A stretch of 55,702 bases of DNA, taken from sequence record SRR20825019_2100. One strand, 5' to 3'. Every line of letters begins with the position of its first letter. Position 1 is the stretch's first letter. Below are positions 19,309 to 29,600 of this stretch, piece by piece. The notes below the pieces were generated by a model. It did not search any database, was not told the DNA's origin, and worked only from the letters and a program-made list of their open reading frames with translations. A program made the position numbers and the translations under genes.

Positions 19309-20370
19309 TTAGGCGTTCTCTTCTGTCACTTTGTTTCTTCGACGACGATTGTCTAGCGCATCAAGATTGATTCTTCTAACAAACGTTCTATTTGATCCAT
19401 TTTCGAAGTAGACCTCGGCTTTTACAAGCTGAATCCCTAAGCTTCGAAAGTTAAAAATGCCCGTCCATGTCGAACTCTTGTCACTTCCAAAATCCCATAA
19501 AATAGAACTCGCATTTGGGAAATTAGCATTGTATTCCGCCACGAAGTCTTCACCAGACTCATCTATCTTTACTTGTAAAAAGTCTTTATTCAAATCGAAT
19601 TCAGCACGATGGCTGCTCAAAAAGTTGGATACTTTTTCGCGTATAAGCAATGCATTTTCTTCCTCTATAATTTTGAGGTCAGTTGGAGCTGAGATTCCAA
19701 AAATGGACTCGAAAAATGTATTCGCTACTAAAAAGGAACCATTCTGACTCGGATGCTCTCTATCGCTGGCATATAAATCCATTAAACTATCTCTCTTCAC
19801 TTCTTTCCAAATCATCCCAACTGGAACAACCGGGAATCCGTATCGACTTTTCAAGTACTTGTAACCACTCGCGATAGTGTCACTCATTCTTTCAAATGAA
19901 TTGATCTCCTCTCTTTCTGGAAACCCGTGATCATATCCCCAAGTCATGTAAAACAACATCGTAGTTGAGGCATTATTCTTTCGAACCGCACTAACGACCT
20001 TGTCCAAATACGGGACAGTGGCAGTATCAAGAACCTCTTTTGGAAAGGTAAGTTCTCTACTATAGCCTTGAAGAATAACATAATCCCATTTTCTGCTAGA
20101 GATAGCATCGAACATATCTTTTCTCTGGGAATGAACATTAAATGAAGCTCCAGACAGGGCGCTTTTCTCCACGTAAACATTCAAACCACTTTGATCACAG
20201 ATCTTACCGAAGATAACCGGCATATCGTTCATGTGTGTATAACTGTTACCAATAAACAACACATTGAGATGATCAGACTGCGCAACAGCTGAGCTAGTAG
20301 CAAACAATGAAACCACCATTTTGAAAAACTTCCGAAGCATTGTTTCTTTAAATCGTTTGAGGGATGCCAT
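19309..20370 (-). CDS. Exported SGNH/GDSL (DUF4886-like) hydrolase with PKD-like C-terminal domain
   Basis: VLFIGNSYT, WDYVILQ, FYMTWG, LYASDREHPS (DxxH), WDFG. Confidence 0.82.
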   Translation of the reverse strand: MASLKRFKETMLRKFFKMVVSLFATSSAVAQSDHLNVLFIGNSYTHMNDMPVIFGKICDQSGLNVYVEKSALSGASFNVHSQRKDMFDAISSRKWDYVILQGYSRELTFPKEVLDTATVPYLDKVVSAVRKNNASTTMLFYMTWGYDHGFPEREEINSFERMSDTIASGYKYLKSRYGFPVVPVGMIWKEVKRDSLMDLYASDREHPSQNGSFLVANTFFESIFGISAPTDLKIIEEENALLIREKVSNFLSSHRAEFDLNKDFLQVKIDESGEDFVAEYNANFPNASSILWDFGSDKSSTWTGIFNFRSLGIQLVKAEVYFENGSNRTFVRRINLDALDNRRRRNKVTEENA

Positions 20371-20396
20371 AGTGTAACAAATAAACCGTTACACTA
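20370..20396. repeat. Perfect 9-bp inverted repeat at the SGNH start (operator or hairpin)
   Basis: TAGTGTAAC-N9-GTTACACTA. Confidence 0.6.
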
Positions 20397-20431
20397 ATAA
20401 CTACAAATTTGAATCCAAATTGTGCAGTCGA

Positions 20432-20821
20432 CTACGCTTTTCGAATTCTATCCGCAATTTCTTGCAATTCAGATGCCTCTATTACGAGCTTCTCCTTTGC
20501 AAAATTCATATCCGCTACAGAATCTATTGGAATCAAGTGAATGTGAGCATGAGGGACTTCTAAACCAATCACAGTAACTCCAATTCGTTTACATTCGATT
20601 GCGCGTTTCATCTTGTGAGCCACTTCCTTTGCGAACACCATCATATCTCCAAGATCACCATCGGTCATATCAAAGATAAAGTCGACCTCGTTTTTAGGAA
20701 TTACAAGAACGTGTCCTTTTTTCAAAGGCATGATATCTAGAAATGCCAGAAACTGATCATTTTCAGCAATTTTATAACTAGGGATTTCACCTGTCACTAT
20801 CTTACTAAAGATGCTCGCCAT
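20432..20821 (-). CDS. HIT family protein
   Basis: SIFSKIVTGEIP, AFLDIMP, GHVLVIPK, VPHAHIHLIP. Confidence 0.95.
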   Translation of the reverse strand: MASIFSKIVTGEIPSYKIAENDQFLAFLDIMPLKKGHVLVIPKNEVDFIFDMTDGDLGDMMVFAKEVAHKMKRAIECKRIGVTVIGLEVPHAHIHLIPIDSVADMNFAKEKLVIEASELQEIADRIRKA

Positions 20822-21294
20822 TATCTAGTGATTTCAACTATTTCAAACTGAATTGAACCATTTGGCGTAGTAACATCAGCAATCTCACCTACCGACTTAC
20901 CTAAAAGTCCCTTTCCTATCGGTGAATCTACACTGATCTTTCTTGCCTTTAAATCAGCCTCATTCTCTGCTACTAATGTGTAAACCATCGAAGCTCCATT
21001 GCTGACATTTTTTATTGTCACGGTAGAAAGAATAAAAACCCTTGTAGTATCGATTTCAGAATCATCAATTACCCTCGCATTGGAGACGATTGTTTCCAAT
21101 TTAGATATTTTCATTTCGAGAAGACCTTGTGCCTCTTTCGCGGCATCATATTCTGCATTCTCTGAAAGATCTCCTTTGTCTCTTGCTTCCGCAATCTGCG
21201 CTGAAATTGAACGACGTTGAACGGTTTTCATCTCGTGTAACTCACTCTTCAACTTCTTCAGTCCTTCCTCAGTATAATAGGTAATTTGTGACAT
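20821..21294 (-). CDS. greA: Transcription elongation factor GreA
   Basis: ARDKGDLSENAEYDAAKE, ISVDSPIGKGLLGK. Confidence 0.97.
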   Translation of the reverse strand: MSQITYYTEEGLKKLKSELHEMKTVQRRSISAQIAEARDKGDLSENAEYDAAKEAQGLLEMKISKLETIVSNARVIDDSEIDTTRVFILSTVTIKNVSNGASMVYTLVAENEADLKARKISVDSPIGKGLLGKSVGEIADVTTPNGSIQFEIVEITR

Positions 21295-21314
21295 AATACG
21301 TTAGTTTCTATAAC

Positions 21315-21345
21315 AAAAACAAGAGAGCCCAAACGGACTCTCTTG
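21315..21345 (-). terminator. Intrinsic terminator-like hairpin between the PorV-family gene and greA
   Basis: Minus strand CAAGAGAGTCC-GTTT-GGGCTCTCTTG followed by TTTTTG. Confidence 0.8.
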
Positions 21346-21350
21346 ATATT

Positions 21351-21358
21351 CAAAGGTA
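21351..21358 (-). promoter_or_regulatory. -7 element, likely greA promoter
   Basis: TACCTTTG on the minus strand, immediately upstream of the hairpin. Confidence 0.6.
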
Positions 21359-21370
21359 ATTAATTTTTAA

Positions 21371-22438
21371 TTATTTCAAGCTGATAGTTGCTCCAATTGT
21401 GTGAACAACACCAAATACTCCTGCAAAACGAGCAGCGTATTCAATACCAAGTGCACTTTTGTTGTCTCCAACCAATGCATCTACTGAGAAACCAGCTGTT
21501 GGTCCTATCAATGCATTTGATCTATTCTCAGCGCTGAACAACCCGTTTTCGTAAACGAAACCAGCTCGTGCGTTGAATGCCAATTTTTCAGTAATCATTC
21601 CATAATCAAGTCCTAAACGGTATTGATCACTTGAGAACGAGTTAGCTGTAAATGCAACAGACAGATTCAATTTATTGCTTTCATCGAAGATGAAATCGTA
21701 AGAACCACCTATTGATAGCAAAGAAGGCATCTCAAACGTTCCTGATCTTTGCTCTAATGTTGCTGTGATTCCAGAAGCAAGATAATCCACTTGCTGAGCA
21801 AGTCCATCACCTTTAAACTTCATAACTGGACCAACATTTTTCAAAGCGATACCAAATTTCACTTGATCTTGTTCACCTGTAACGTAACGGATACCTGCAT
21901 CTATTGCAACACCATTCGATTTCAAGTTAGAAATACTTTCAGAGATCACTTTAAAGTTGATTCCTCCATAAATAGAACTAGAGAACGATCTTGCATAACC
22001 GATATTCACCACGTTGGCTCTTGGATTAAAGAATCCGATATTTCCTTCTGGATTGTCAACGGTTGTAATTGGAATTTCACCAAAGTTCAACGATTGAACA
22101 CTCACTGCGAAAACATCATTCTCAGAAATTCTTTGAGCAATACCTGCACTGTTAAAAGCAATACCCGCTGATCCCATCCAATTGCTATAATTGAACTTGA
22201 TCTGCGTCTTTTTGGTAAATGCCAAACCTGCGATATTGGTAAACGTTCCTTCAAGACCATTTCCACTTGCAACACCCGCATCACCCATTGCTGAACTTCG
22301 AGCCCAAGGGTTGATTAGAAGGTGAGAAGCTCCAGCCGAACCAACACGGTCTTCATTTCCTGCATTAACTGTTAGGCTTGACATTACTGCCGCTCCCACT
22401 ATTAAAGCACTTTTTATCTTTAGAATTGAATTATTCAT
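21371..22438 (-). CDS. PorV/PorQ-family (FadL-like) outer-membrane beta-barrel
   Basis: Signal peptide, then GSAGASHLLINPWARSSAMG (PorV-type N-terminal motif), N.AGLA, amphipathic strands. Start placed at MNNSIL. Confidence 0.85.
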   Translation of the reverse strand: MNNSILKIKSALIVGAAVMSSLTVNAGNEDRVGSAGASHLLINPWARSSAMGDAGVASGNGLEGTFTNIAGLAFTKKTQIKFNYSNWMGSAGIAFNSAGIAQRISENDVFAVSVQSLNFGEIPITTVDNPEGNIGFFNPRANVVNIGYARSFSSSIYGGINFKVISESISNLKSNGVAIDAGIRYVTGEQDQVKFGIALKNVGPVMKFKGDGLAQQVDYLASGITATLEQRSGTFEMPSLLSIGGSYDFIFDESNKLNLSVAFTANSFSSDQYRLGLDYGMITEKLAFNARAGFVYENGLFSAENRSNALIGPTAGFSVDALVGDNKSALGIEYAARFAGVFGVVHTIGATISLK

Positions 22439-22457
22439 TTCTTCTGTTTTAGTCTTA

Positions 22458-25400
22458 TTAAATACCTTGTAAGTCAACTTGACGCATACCACCAAAGAAC
22501 TTCACGATTTTCTCTCCAACACCTGGTACATCCACGTGAATTAAGTAAACTCCACCAGATATAGGAATTCCTTTATGGTTATTCAAATCCCAATCAAGTG
22601 AGGTTACCGTATTGTCTTTTTTAAACGTTCTTATCAGCTTACCATTTACAGTATAAATTCTAACTGTACATATTTCAGGAAGATTAGTAATCTTCACTCG
22701 TGTATCAAGTCTTGAACGCTCATATTCAGAGTAAGCATAGTAAGGGTTAGGAACAACGTTGATCATATCTAACACATTCGCCAATTGATCCGTACTTCCC
22801 GTTGTAGTCCCGATGTCATCCATGTTCCATGAATACATTGGCATTCCACCATTCTTACCTGTTGCAGTAAAGTTTTTAAACTGTTTGCTTACACGAACTT
22901 TAATTGTAACATCCGTTGGAAGACTTCTTGGGTCAATTGAATAACCTGATGTAGCTAAAGGATACGCTGTCCAACCAAAGTTAGAGTACAGATCTCTTTT
23001 TTGAGCAACACCACCTGTGATAGCTGCTTGCAATTTCAAGTAAGCTTCGTTTGTTGCATCATTTTCTGCAACCGAAGGAATGTACTCAGGGAAATCAGTT
23101 GCCAATGAATAACCATTGATTGTTTTACTCTTGTAATTCATTACAAAGAACGGGTGCATACCTCCCATTAATGGCTCAAATACACCATTAAACAATCTGT
23201 CTGTTGGATTCCAAATCAAATCTGCTCCATTCTCACCACCAAGGAAAGAATTCTCACCGAACATCATGTACAATCTTCTTCCCGACTCTAGGTCAATAGC
23301 GTATCCAGGGAACCAACCCATTCCAACACCAGGACCAACTGGGTTACCGTTTTTATCAACGCTAGGTGTTTGTCTCAACTCACCTGGCTTAGCATTACCA
23401 ACGTTCAGAGATTGATCTCTACCCAACTCAATTACTGGACATCTTGTCCATTTAGACTTGTCGCTAGTAATTACAATGTCAATACTTGGTAACGAAGTGA
23501 TCGAAGCAATTTGCTTAAATGAGCTTCCACCTGTCACATACGCCATTGGCATGTGTTCTCCTTCAAATCCAACCAATCTATTTGGGGCAATTGTACCTCC
23601 AAGAATTCGATCCCATTTCTTTTCATTATCAGCATTAATCTGATCAGGATAGAAACATGGATCATAATCAGTGTCTCCAGTGATACAATCATTAGTACCA
23701 GGCACGTAATTTCCAGATCGAATCCAGTTCAATGGATTAAACTGATCATTGTCAGGAACACCCGATAACCAACGTTTAGAGCTATCTCCAAAAGTCATTG
23801 AAGCTTCTAAGAATTCCGTACTTCTTAAATAAGGTTGTCCATTCGCTCCTTCAGGGAAATCATAATCTGGTTGAGAGATCTGAACAGAAACTCCCCATTT
23901 TGGGATCAGCTGCTCATTATCTACTTTAATTGTTCTTTCTGAAGTAACAGAGTCAACAATAACGTTCGATCCAGTTTCATAACGATAAATAACCCATGAA
24001 GCTGTATCTGCGCCATTGATTGATGTCGTACCATAATTTCTGAATCGACACTCATAGTTTCCACCTTTTACTCCAAGTGGATCAATTACTTTGACTTTAA
24101 TCGGTCCTTTACCATAGTTGTAAGAAGGTCTTTCCAATAAACCATTTGCAACGATCGCATCTCTAGAAGCTGTTGTCAATTCCAATACTCCTCCACCGTT
24201 ACCGTGACCATCTTCTCTAGTGATGATTGGTCCAGATCCGTATTGAATATTCTGAATTGTCCCCCCTGCTTCTGGAGCTGGGTTATGTGGTACTCCCGAT
24301 ACAGCCTTAATAGATGTTCCATCATAGCTCAAACGTGATGAGATATAAGGTATTTTCTGACCATCTAATGAATTTGGATCATTTGGATCATACTTTTTAA
24401 ACTCGTTGAATGCATAGGCAATAGCAACGTAGTAATATGTCTTATGATTAACCAAAGTTCGGTTTCCAAGAGCAAACTTATCCTCATCGATTAAGAAAGA
24501 GTGTCTGATTCCTTTGTTCTCACCTTCCACTTTCAATATTGGACGAGAGAATCCTAAGTCTTCATCGAACTCGAAGTTTACTACTCGAGAGACTCCATTT
24601 TTTATATCACATTGAACAACAAGACGTGCTTTTTCTTCTGAACCGATATCAGATACAGATGCATCCTCATCAATCATTTGATAGATTTGGTATCCTTCAA
24701 ACTTGTAGAATCTATCAACTGCAGGATCAGTAATGTTAATCTCATCCTCTACATTGTACAACTCACCAGCATTATTTGAAGTACCTGGGTTGTCAATAGT
24801 CAATACCAATTGATTCTCCAATTCTTGAATTTTCAAACGTGGTGCATCTGGAGGAGAAAGAATTCTAAAACATGCATCAAACAATGCTTGCGCTTTTGTA
24901 TCTGCACGTTTCATTGCCTCAACTGAAGCAAGTAAGCTTCCGTCACTTCCTCTACCGTATACAATACCTACAGTAATGTTATTTACCGCACCTGGCTTCA
25001 ATGTAAATGGACCTGCAGATTGAACGAATCGTCTATCTCCTACAGCATTTCCTGCTTGTTGCTCATCCCATGCAAATCCAGGGTCCTGACCAGCAGTAGC
25101 CCAAAAAAGTGGATCAGAATCACCAGGGAACATGTAATCTGAGTTAATTGATGTTCCAGTTCCACCGTATCCAGAACCTCCGTAGAATGTTTCAGAACCA
25201 TCTCTCCAGAATCCAGACATGTAGTTATAGAAGTGAGCAGCTGTTGAAGGATCTGATTGAGAAGCTGGTCCACCATTTGTATAGTATGTAAACCTTCTCA
25301 TTCCAAAACGCTCATTATCAATAAGGCTATCACCGTAACCAACACCAACACCAGAGTAAACAATTCCTTTTCCGTTGATTGCAGCTGCTACAGTTGGAGT

Positions 25401-26633
25401 AACAATTTGACCTGTATTAGGATCCAAGTATGGTCCAACGTTATCAATTAAATCGGCATCTTGGTAAGGTCCTTCAAAGAAGTCAACTCCAACCGCAGGT
25501 GGATTAATTCCGTATCCTGGAGAAGTTTGACTCGCTTCATCGTTCGCATCACCATTGTAAATAAATCCAAGACCTCTAGATACATCACATCCAGCATAAT
25601 CATCAATCGAGTTACCAATATCCCCATCAATATATTGAGAGAAATAAGTGTTGAACAACGTTTGTGTACTTCTGTTGATCATCTCATAATTATAGAAAGT
25701 CATTCTATTGATCTCATCATTTGTTGCAAAAGCAAATGCTTGTGCACGAATCTCCATACCAATTGGTTCACCACCAGACTCAGTGTGGATATTTCCTTTA
25801 TCATTAAATACCCACCAATGTGTAACGTCACCGAATAAAGAAATACGTCTATCAACTCCACATTCGATGTCGTCTCTTCCAAGAATATCATCGTACCATG
25901 GTGTATCTCCTTCCAACCAATCATAGTTACCATCCTTATCTCTATCGTAAAATGGAGCTAAGTAGTAATCTTGTCCTAAAGAAACTTGACCGTGAGCAGG
26001 CCAGCTACTTATTGCCAATAACTCTTCAGAAGTCATTACAGGAATATCTATACAATTGGCTCCTGGCAATCCACATTCGAAAAATGTAGTATACTTAATA
26101 ACTAATGCTTTAGAAACAGAGAAAAACCTATCAAAAGATTGACATTGTTCTTGATCAATGTTTGCCTCACCATAATCTCTAATTGCGCCGTCTCCAACAG
26201 GACTATTAGGATTATAATTTCCTGTTCCCGGATTAACTGTTAATGGTCCAGGCCAAAAATCATTTCCTGTAGTACGGAAAGTAAGACCCGCTAACTTCAA
26301 CTGACCGTTAACGTCTGTACCTCCCATCCAAAGAGCTCCAGCATAGATTACATTCAATCCACTTCCTTTAGGAACCTCGTAAGCAGCAACATTCGCATTC
26401 CTGTTTTGGAACATACTACCACCTTGCTCAATAAAGGCAGCAACATCATTAAAATCCATTGTGAGTCCCTTGAATCCAGGTCCACAATTCGCACTCTTAG
26501 ATTGTCCATTATTGGTCGGAGGAGTTATTCCACTGCCACCAGAGGGACCGCCTTCTGTACGGTATGCGAACACACTTCCGCATGCTAACATAAACCCTAC
26601 ACTGATTGCTAACTTATTCATATAATTTCTCAT
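22458..26633 (-). CDS. Large secreted protein (1391 aa) with T9SS-type C-terminal domain
   Basis: Signal peptide; FN3-like segment (PPDAP...FEGYQIY...YYYVAIAY); DxDxDG Ca-binding motif; CTD INVVPNPY...IRIYTVNGKLIR-type...WDLNN...SGGVYLIHV. Confidence 0.85.
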   Translation of the reverse strand: MRNYMNKLAISVGFMLACGSVFAYRTEGGPSGGSGITPPTNNGQSKSANCGPGFKGLTMDFNDVAAFIEQGGSMFQNRNANVAAYEVPKGSGLNVIYAGALWMGGTDVNGQLKLAGLTFRTTGNDFWPGPLTVNPGTGNYNPNSPVGDGAIRDYGEANIDQEQCQSFDRFFSVSKALVIKYTTFFECGLPGANCIDIPVMTSEELLAISSWPAHGQVSLGQDYYLAPFYDRDKDGNYDWLEGDTPWYDDILGRDDIECGVDRRISLFGDVTHWWVFNDKGNIHTESGGEPIGMEIRAQAFAFATNDEINRMTFYNYEMINRSTQTLFNTYFSQYIDGDIGNSIDDYAGCDVSRGLGFIYNGDANDEASQTSPGYGINPPAVGVDFFEGPYQDADLIDNVGPYLDPNTGQIVTPTVAAAINGKGIVYSGVGVGYGDSLIDNERFGMRRFTYYTNGGPASQSDPSTAAHFYNYMSGFWRDGSETFYGGSGYGGTGTSINSDYMFPGDSDPLFWATAGQDPGFAWDEQQAGNAVGDRRFVQSAGPFTLKPGAVNNITVGIVYGRGSDGSLLASVEAMKRADTKAQALFDACFRILSPPDAPRLKIQELENQLVLTIDNPGTSNNAGELYNVEDEINITDPAVDRFYKFEGYQIYQMIDEDASVSDIGSEEKARLVVQCDIKNGVSRVVNFEFDEDLGFSRPILKVEGENKGIRHSFLIDEDKFALGNRTLVNHKTYYYVAIAYAFNEFKKYDPNDPNSLDGQKIPYISSRLSYDGTSIKAVSGVPHNPAPEAGGTIQNIQYGSGPIITREDGHGNGGGVLELTTASRDAIVANGLLERPSYNYGKGPIKVKVIDPLGVKGGNYECRFRNYGTTSINGADTASWVIYRYETGSNVIVDSVTSERTIKVDNEQLIPKWGVSVQISQPDYDFPEGANGQPYLRSTEFLEASMTFGDSSKRWLSGVPDNDQFNPLNWIRSGNYVPGTNDCITGDTDYDPCFYPDQINADNEKKWDRILGGTIAPNRLVGFEGEHMPMAYVTGGSSFKQIASITSLPSIDIVITSDKSKWTRCPVIELGRDQSLNVGNAKPGELRQTPSVDKNGNPVGPGVGMGWFPGYAIDLESGRRLYMMFGENSFLGGENGADLIWNPTDRLFNGVFEPLMGGMHPFFVMNYKSKTINGYSLATDFPEYIPSVAENDATNEAYLKLQAAITGGVAQKRDLYSNFGWTAYPLATSGYSIDPRSLPTDVTIKVRVSKQFKNFTATGKNGGMPMYSWNMDDIGTTTGSTDQLANVLDMINVVPNPYYAYSEYERSRLDTRVKITNLPEICTVRIYTVNGKLIRTFKKDNTVTSLDWDLNNHKGIPISGGVYLIHVDVPGVGEKIVKFFGGMRQVDLQGI

Positions 26634-26652
26634 AATTGCTGTTGCTTATGAA

Positions 26653-29600
26653 TTAAAAATCAAACTTAACTCCCAAACGGATTGTTCTAGGAACACTGAT
26701 GTTATTTGGGTTCTGTATTTTCATTAGATAGTAATCTCTAAAAGATTGCTCATCCAATTGACTTTGAATAGTATTCTGGCTTGAAGCAGCTGCTAAATAA
26801 CCATCATCATTCCAGTTACCTGTTGCTCTATAAACATTCAATACGTTTAACTGATTAAACAAGTTCGTTACACGTACATAAACATTCAAGAACGTCGCTT
26901 TTGGATTTTCTTTTCCAATTTTCATATCGAAAGTTCTATCCAATTGTAAATCTAAACGGTAAGACCATGGCAATCTAGAACCATTTGTAGTTCCATCTAA
27001 ACCTCCATTACCTTGTGGTGAAAACTGTCCCTCGTTTGAGATCGCGTTTTGACTAGAGTATGGTGAACCAGAGTAGATATTAGATACGATGTTCAAACCT
27101 GTATTCTCGAACAAAGCGAAGTCCTTAACCATTGGTCCATTGTAATCGCTTCCTTCTCCATATCGGTAATCAAATGTAATTGCGAATGCATGTCTTTGAT
27201 CGAATGAGTAAGGGAAGATTGCTCTTAAGTTTGGTAAACCAGCGTTAATCAATCCTGAAGCAGATGTTGCATCTGAACCTGTACCTTCTGCGAACTGCAA
27301 TGTATAGTTTGCTGTCATTCGGATATTTCCAGTTCTACGTAAATCGTATGCAATTGTCATCCCTTTTACAGTACCAAAATCTCTGTTACCGAAAGTTCTG
27401 TATGTTGCTGGATACGCTTCAAAAACGTTAATCAACTGAACATTGTCTCTTTGCTCACGGTAGAATGCTGAAATTTTAAGTGATGATGTTTTAGACAATA
27501 CTTGTTGGAATCCAAGCTCGTAATCAACTGTAGTCTCAGGTCTCAAATTCGCATTGTTGATAATGTCACTTCGTTGGCTGATGAATTGATACTCAAATGG
27601 ATCAAATCTAAATCCTGAAGTTGGACGTTTTGTTAAGATATCATAGTGAGCAAAGAAAGAAGCCTCATCAGAGATAGGGAATGAAAATGCGATACGAGGC
27701 ATAACATTCACTTGTGCTTTGTAATCTTCAAATGCGTCAGCAGAAGGAGTTCTTTGTCCTGGATTCAACAACCAAGGAGAAATACCACCAGAACCTTTAA
27801 TAACCGTTGGATCTTCTACCTCAATTCCATCTGCATTATACCATACAGAACCTTGACGGTAACCATTGATTTTTGTTGGGTTGTTCACGTCATCCACATA
27901 AACCGTGTAATCAGATCCCATTGCATCTGGAATATCGATCCAAGTCAATGAAGGATCTTTTTCAAACTCAGCTTTTGCTTCTGCTACTGTTCTTGCATTG
28001 TAGAACAAATAAGGATCTTTCAATACTGGTTGGTTTGCATCAAATACATCGACACGTACACCAACGTTGAATACAATATCCTTAAAGGCAAACTTGTCCA
28101 TTACGTAACCAGCTAAATAAACTGGTTGGAAAGAACCAACAAATCTTTTGTAGTTTCCATTCTCATCAAACTCATTGAAGTATTTGTTAATGTCAGTTGT
28201 TCCACGAACTTTCTTTCCTGTGTGATCAAATCCCCAGTAAGAAACGAAAGAACTACCGTTGTTCAATAACTCATCTGGAGAGAACATCTCCAATTGGAAG
28301 ATATTAGGATCATACTGATCAATATCAATGAAATCAAGACCATCACCACCACTTGAGATAAACCCATTTTCGAATAAGTAATTTCTCAAGTTGTAATCAA
28401 AGAAGTATTGGTTATCTCCGTTTTCTGCTCCTCCATAGTTACCTGTACCTGATTCAGATGCATAACCTGAATTCAAACGTTGGTAAGTAACGGATTTGAA
28501 TGAACCTGAATCCGCCATGTAAGCTGAATTCACATCCAACTCAGTAATGTGGAAGTTAGTGTACTGACGAGCAATTTGCCACAATCCTACAGGACCTTGA
28601 CCAGTACCATTTGTTGTTGAACCATTTGTCCATCCACGATCCCATCGTTGCTCGTACTCAAATCCTAAAGACAATGAGTGATCTCCAATGTTCACAGACC
28701 CAGAACCTGTTACACGGAACTGATCATTCTCAGTAATTCCGAACGCATTATATGCTGTTCCAACATTCGACCAAATTGAATAAACCGATTGAGGTGAATT
28801 TCCATTAATCAATGCCAAACCTGCTCCAATTTGTGTAAGGTTTTCGTAATTCCCAATTGGATCATCATTATAGATATCATAGTATTGACTAGTAATCGCC
28901 GCAGATGTTGGGTTTAACTCAGAAGGAACGAAATCTACAACAACATCTCTAAATCCATCATGAATATATGTGTTAGAAGAGTCGTTGAAAGTATAACTAG
29001 GACGACGTGTTGTAGTAAAAGTTCCAACATGTCCGTAGTTAAATAGGTTGTATTGGTGGTTTGGATCGAAGGCTTGATCTTTTTCTTTAGAGAAATCAAC
29101 CATTACACTGTAGTATGCAGATTTAATTTTTGAACTACTTCCTTCTGTGTTGTTTGTGAATCGTTGTGTTAAACGTCCAAAAACTCTCCAGTCTAACGCT
29201 TTAAATGCACCGTTGTTACTCCAGTTCATTAGTGAGTTAGCATAACTGTATCTGCTTCCGTATCCGTAGTTCAACGAACCTCCAAATGTTAAGTTAACAG
29301 ATGGTCCAGTGTTTACGTCAAATTTCGCTTGACCAGAGATAGTCGTTCTTCTTGCGTTCATTCTCCAATCTACTTTTTCAAAATCGTCTGCTCTAAGGAA
29401 ATCAGAATTATATAAAGCTCCAACCCCAGTTGAAGTAGGTCTTAAAGGATTTGAGATCAATGAATCTCTAACATCTTTCTTAATTCTCCAGTTTCCACCA
29501 GAAGAACCACGATTATCTAACTCATCTGTTAAGTTACCAGAAATTAAGAATCCTAATCTTGGTTTTGTTTTAGCTCCTGTTGAATCTTTCTGCATCCAAA

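Noticed and set aside
19274-19337. Imperfect inverted similarity between the ends of two convergent genes (both encode VTEE near the C-terminus)
   Set aside because: Short and mismatched; consistent with chance
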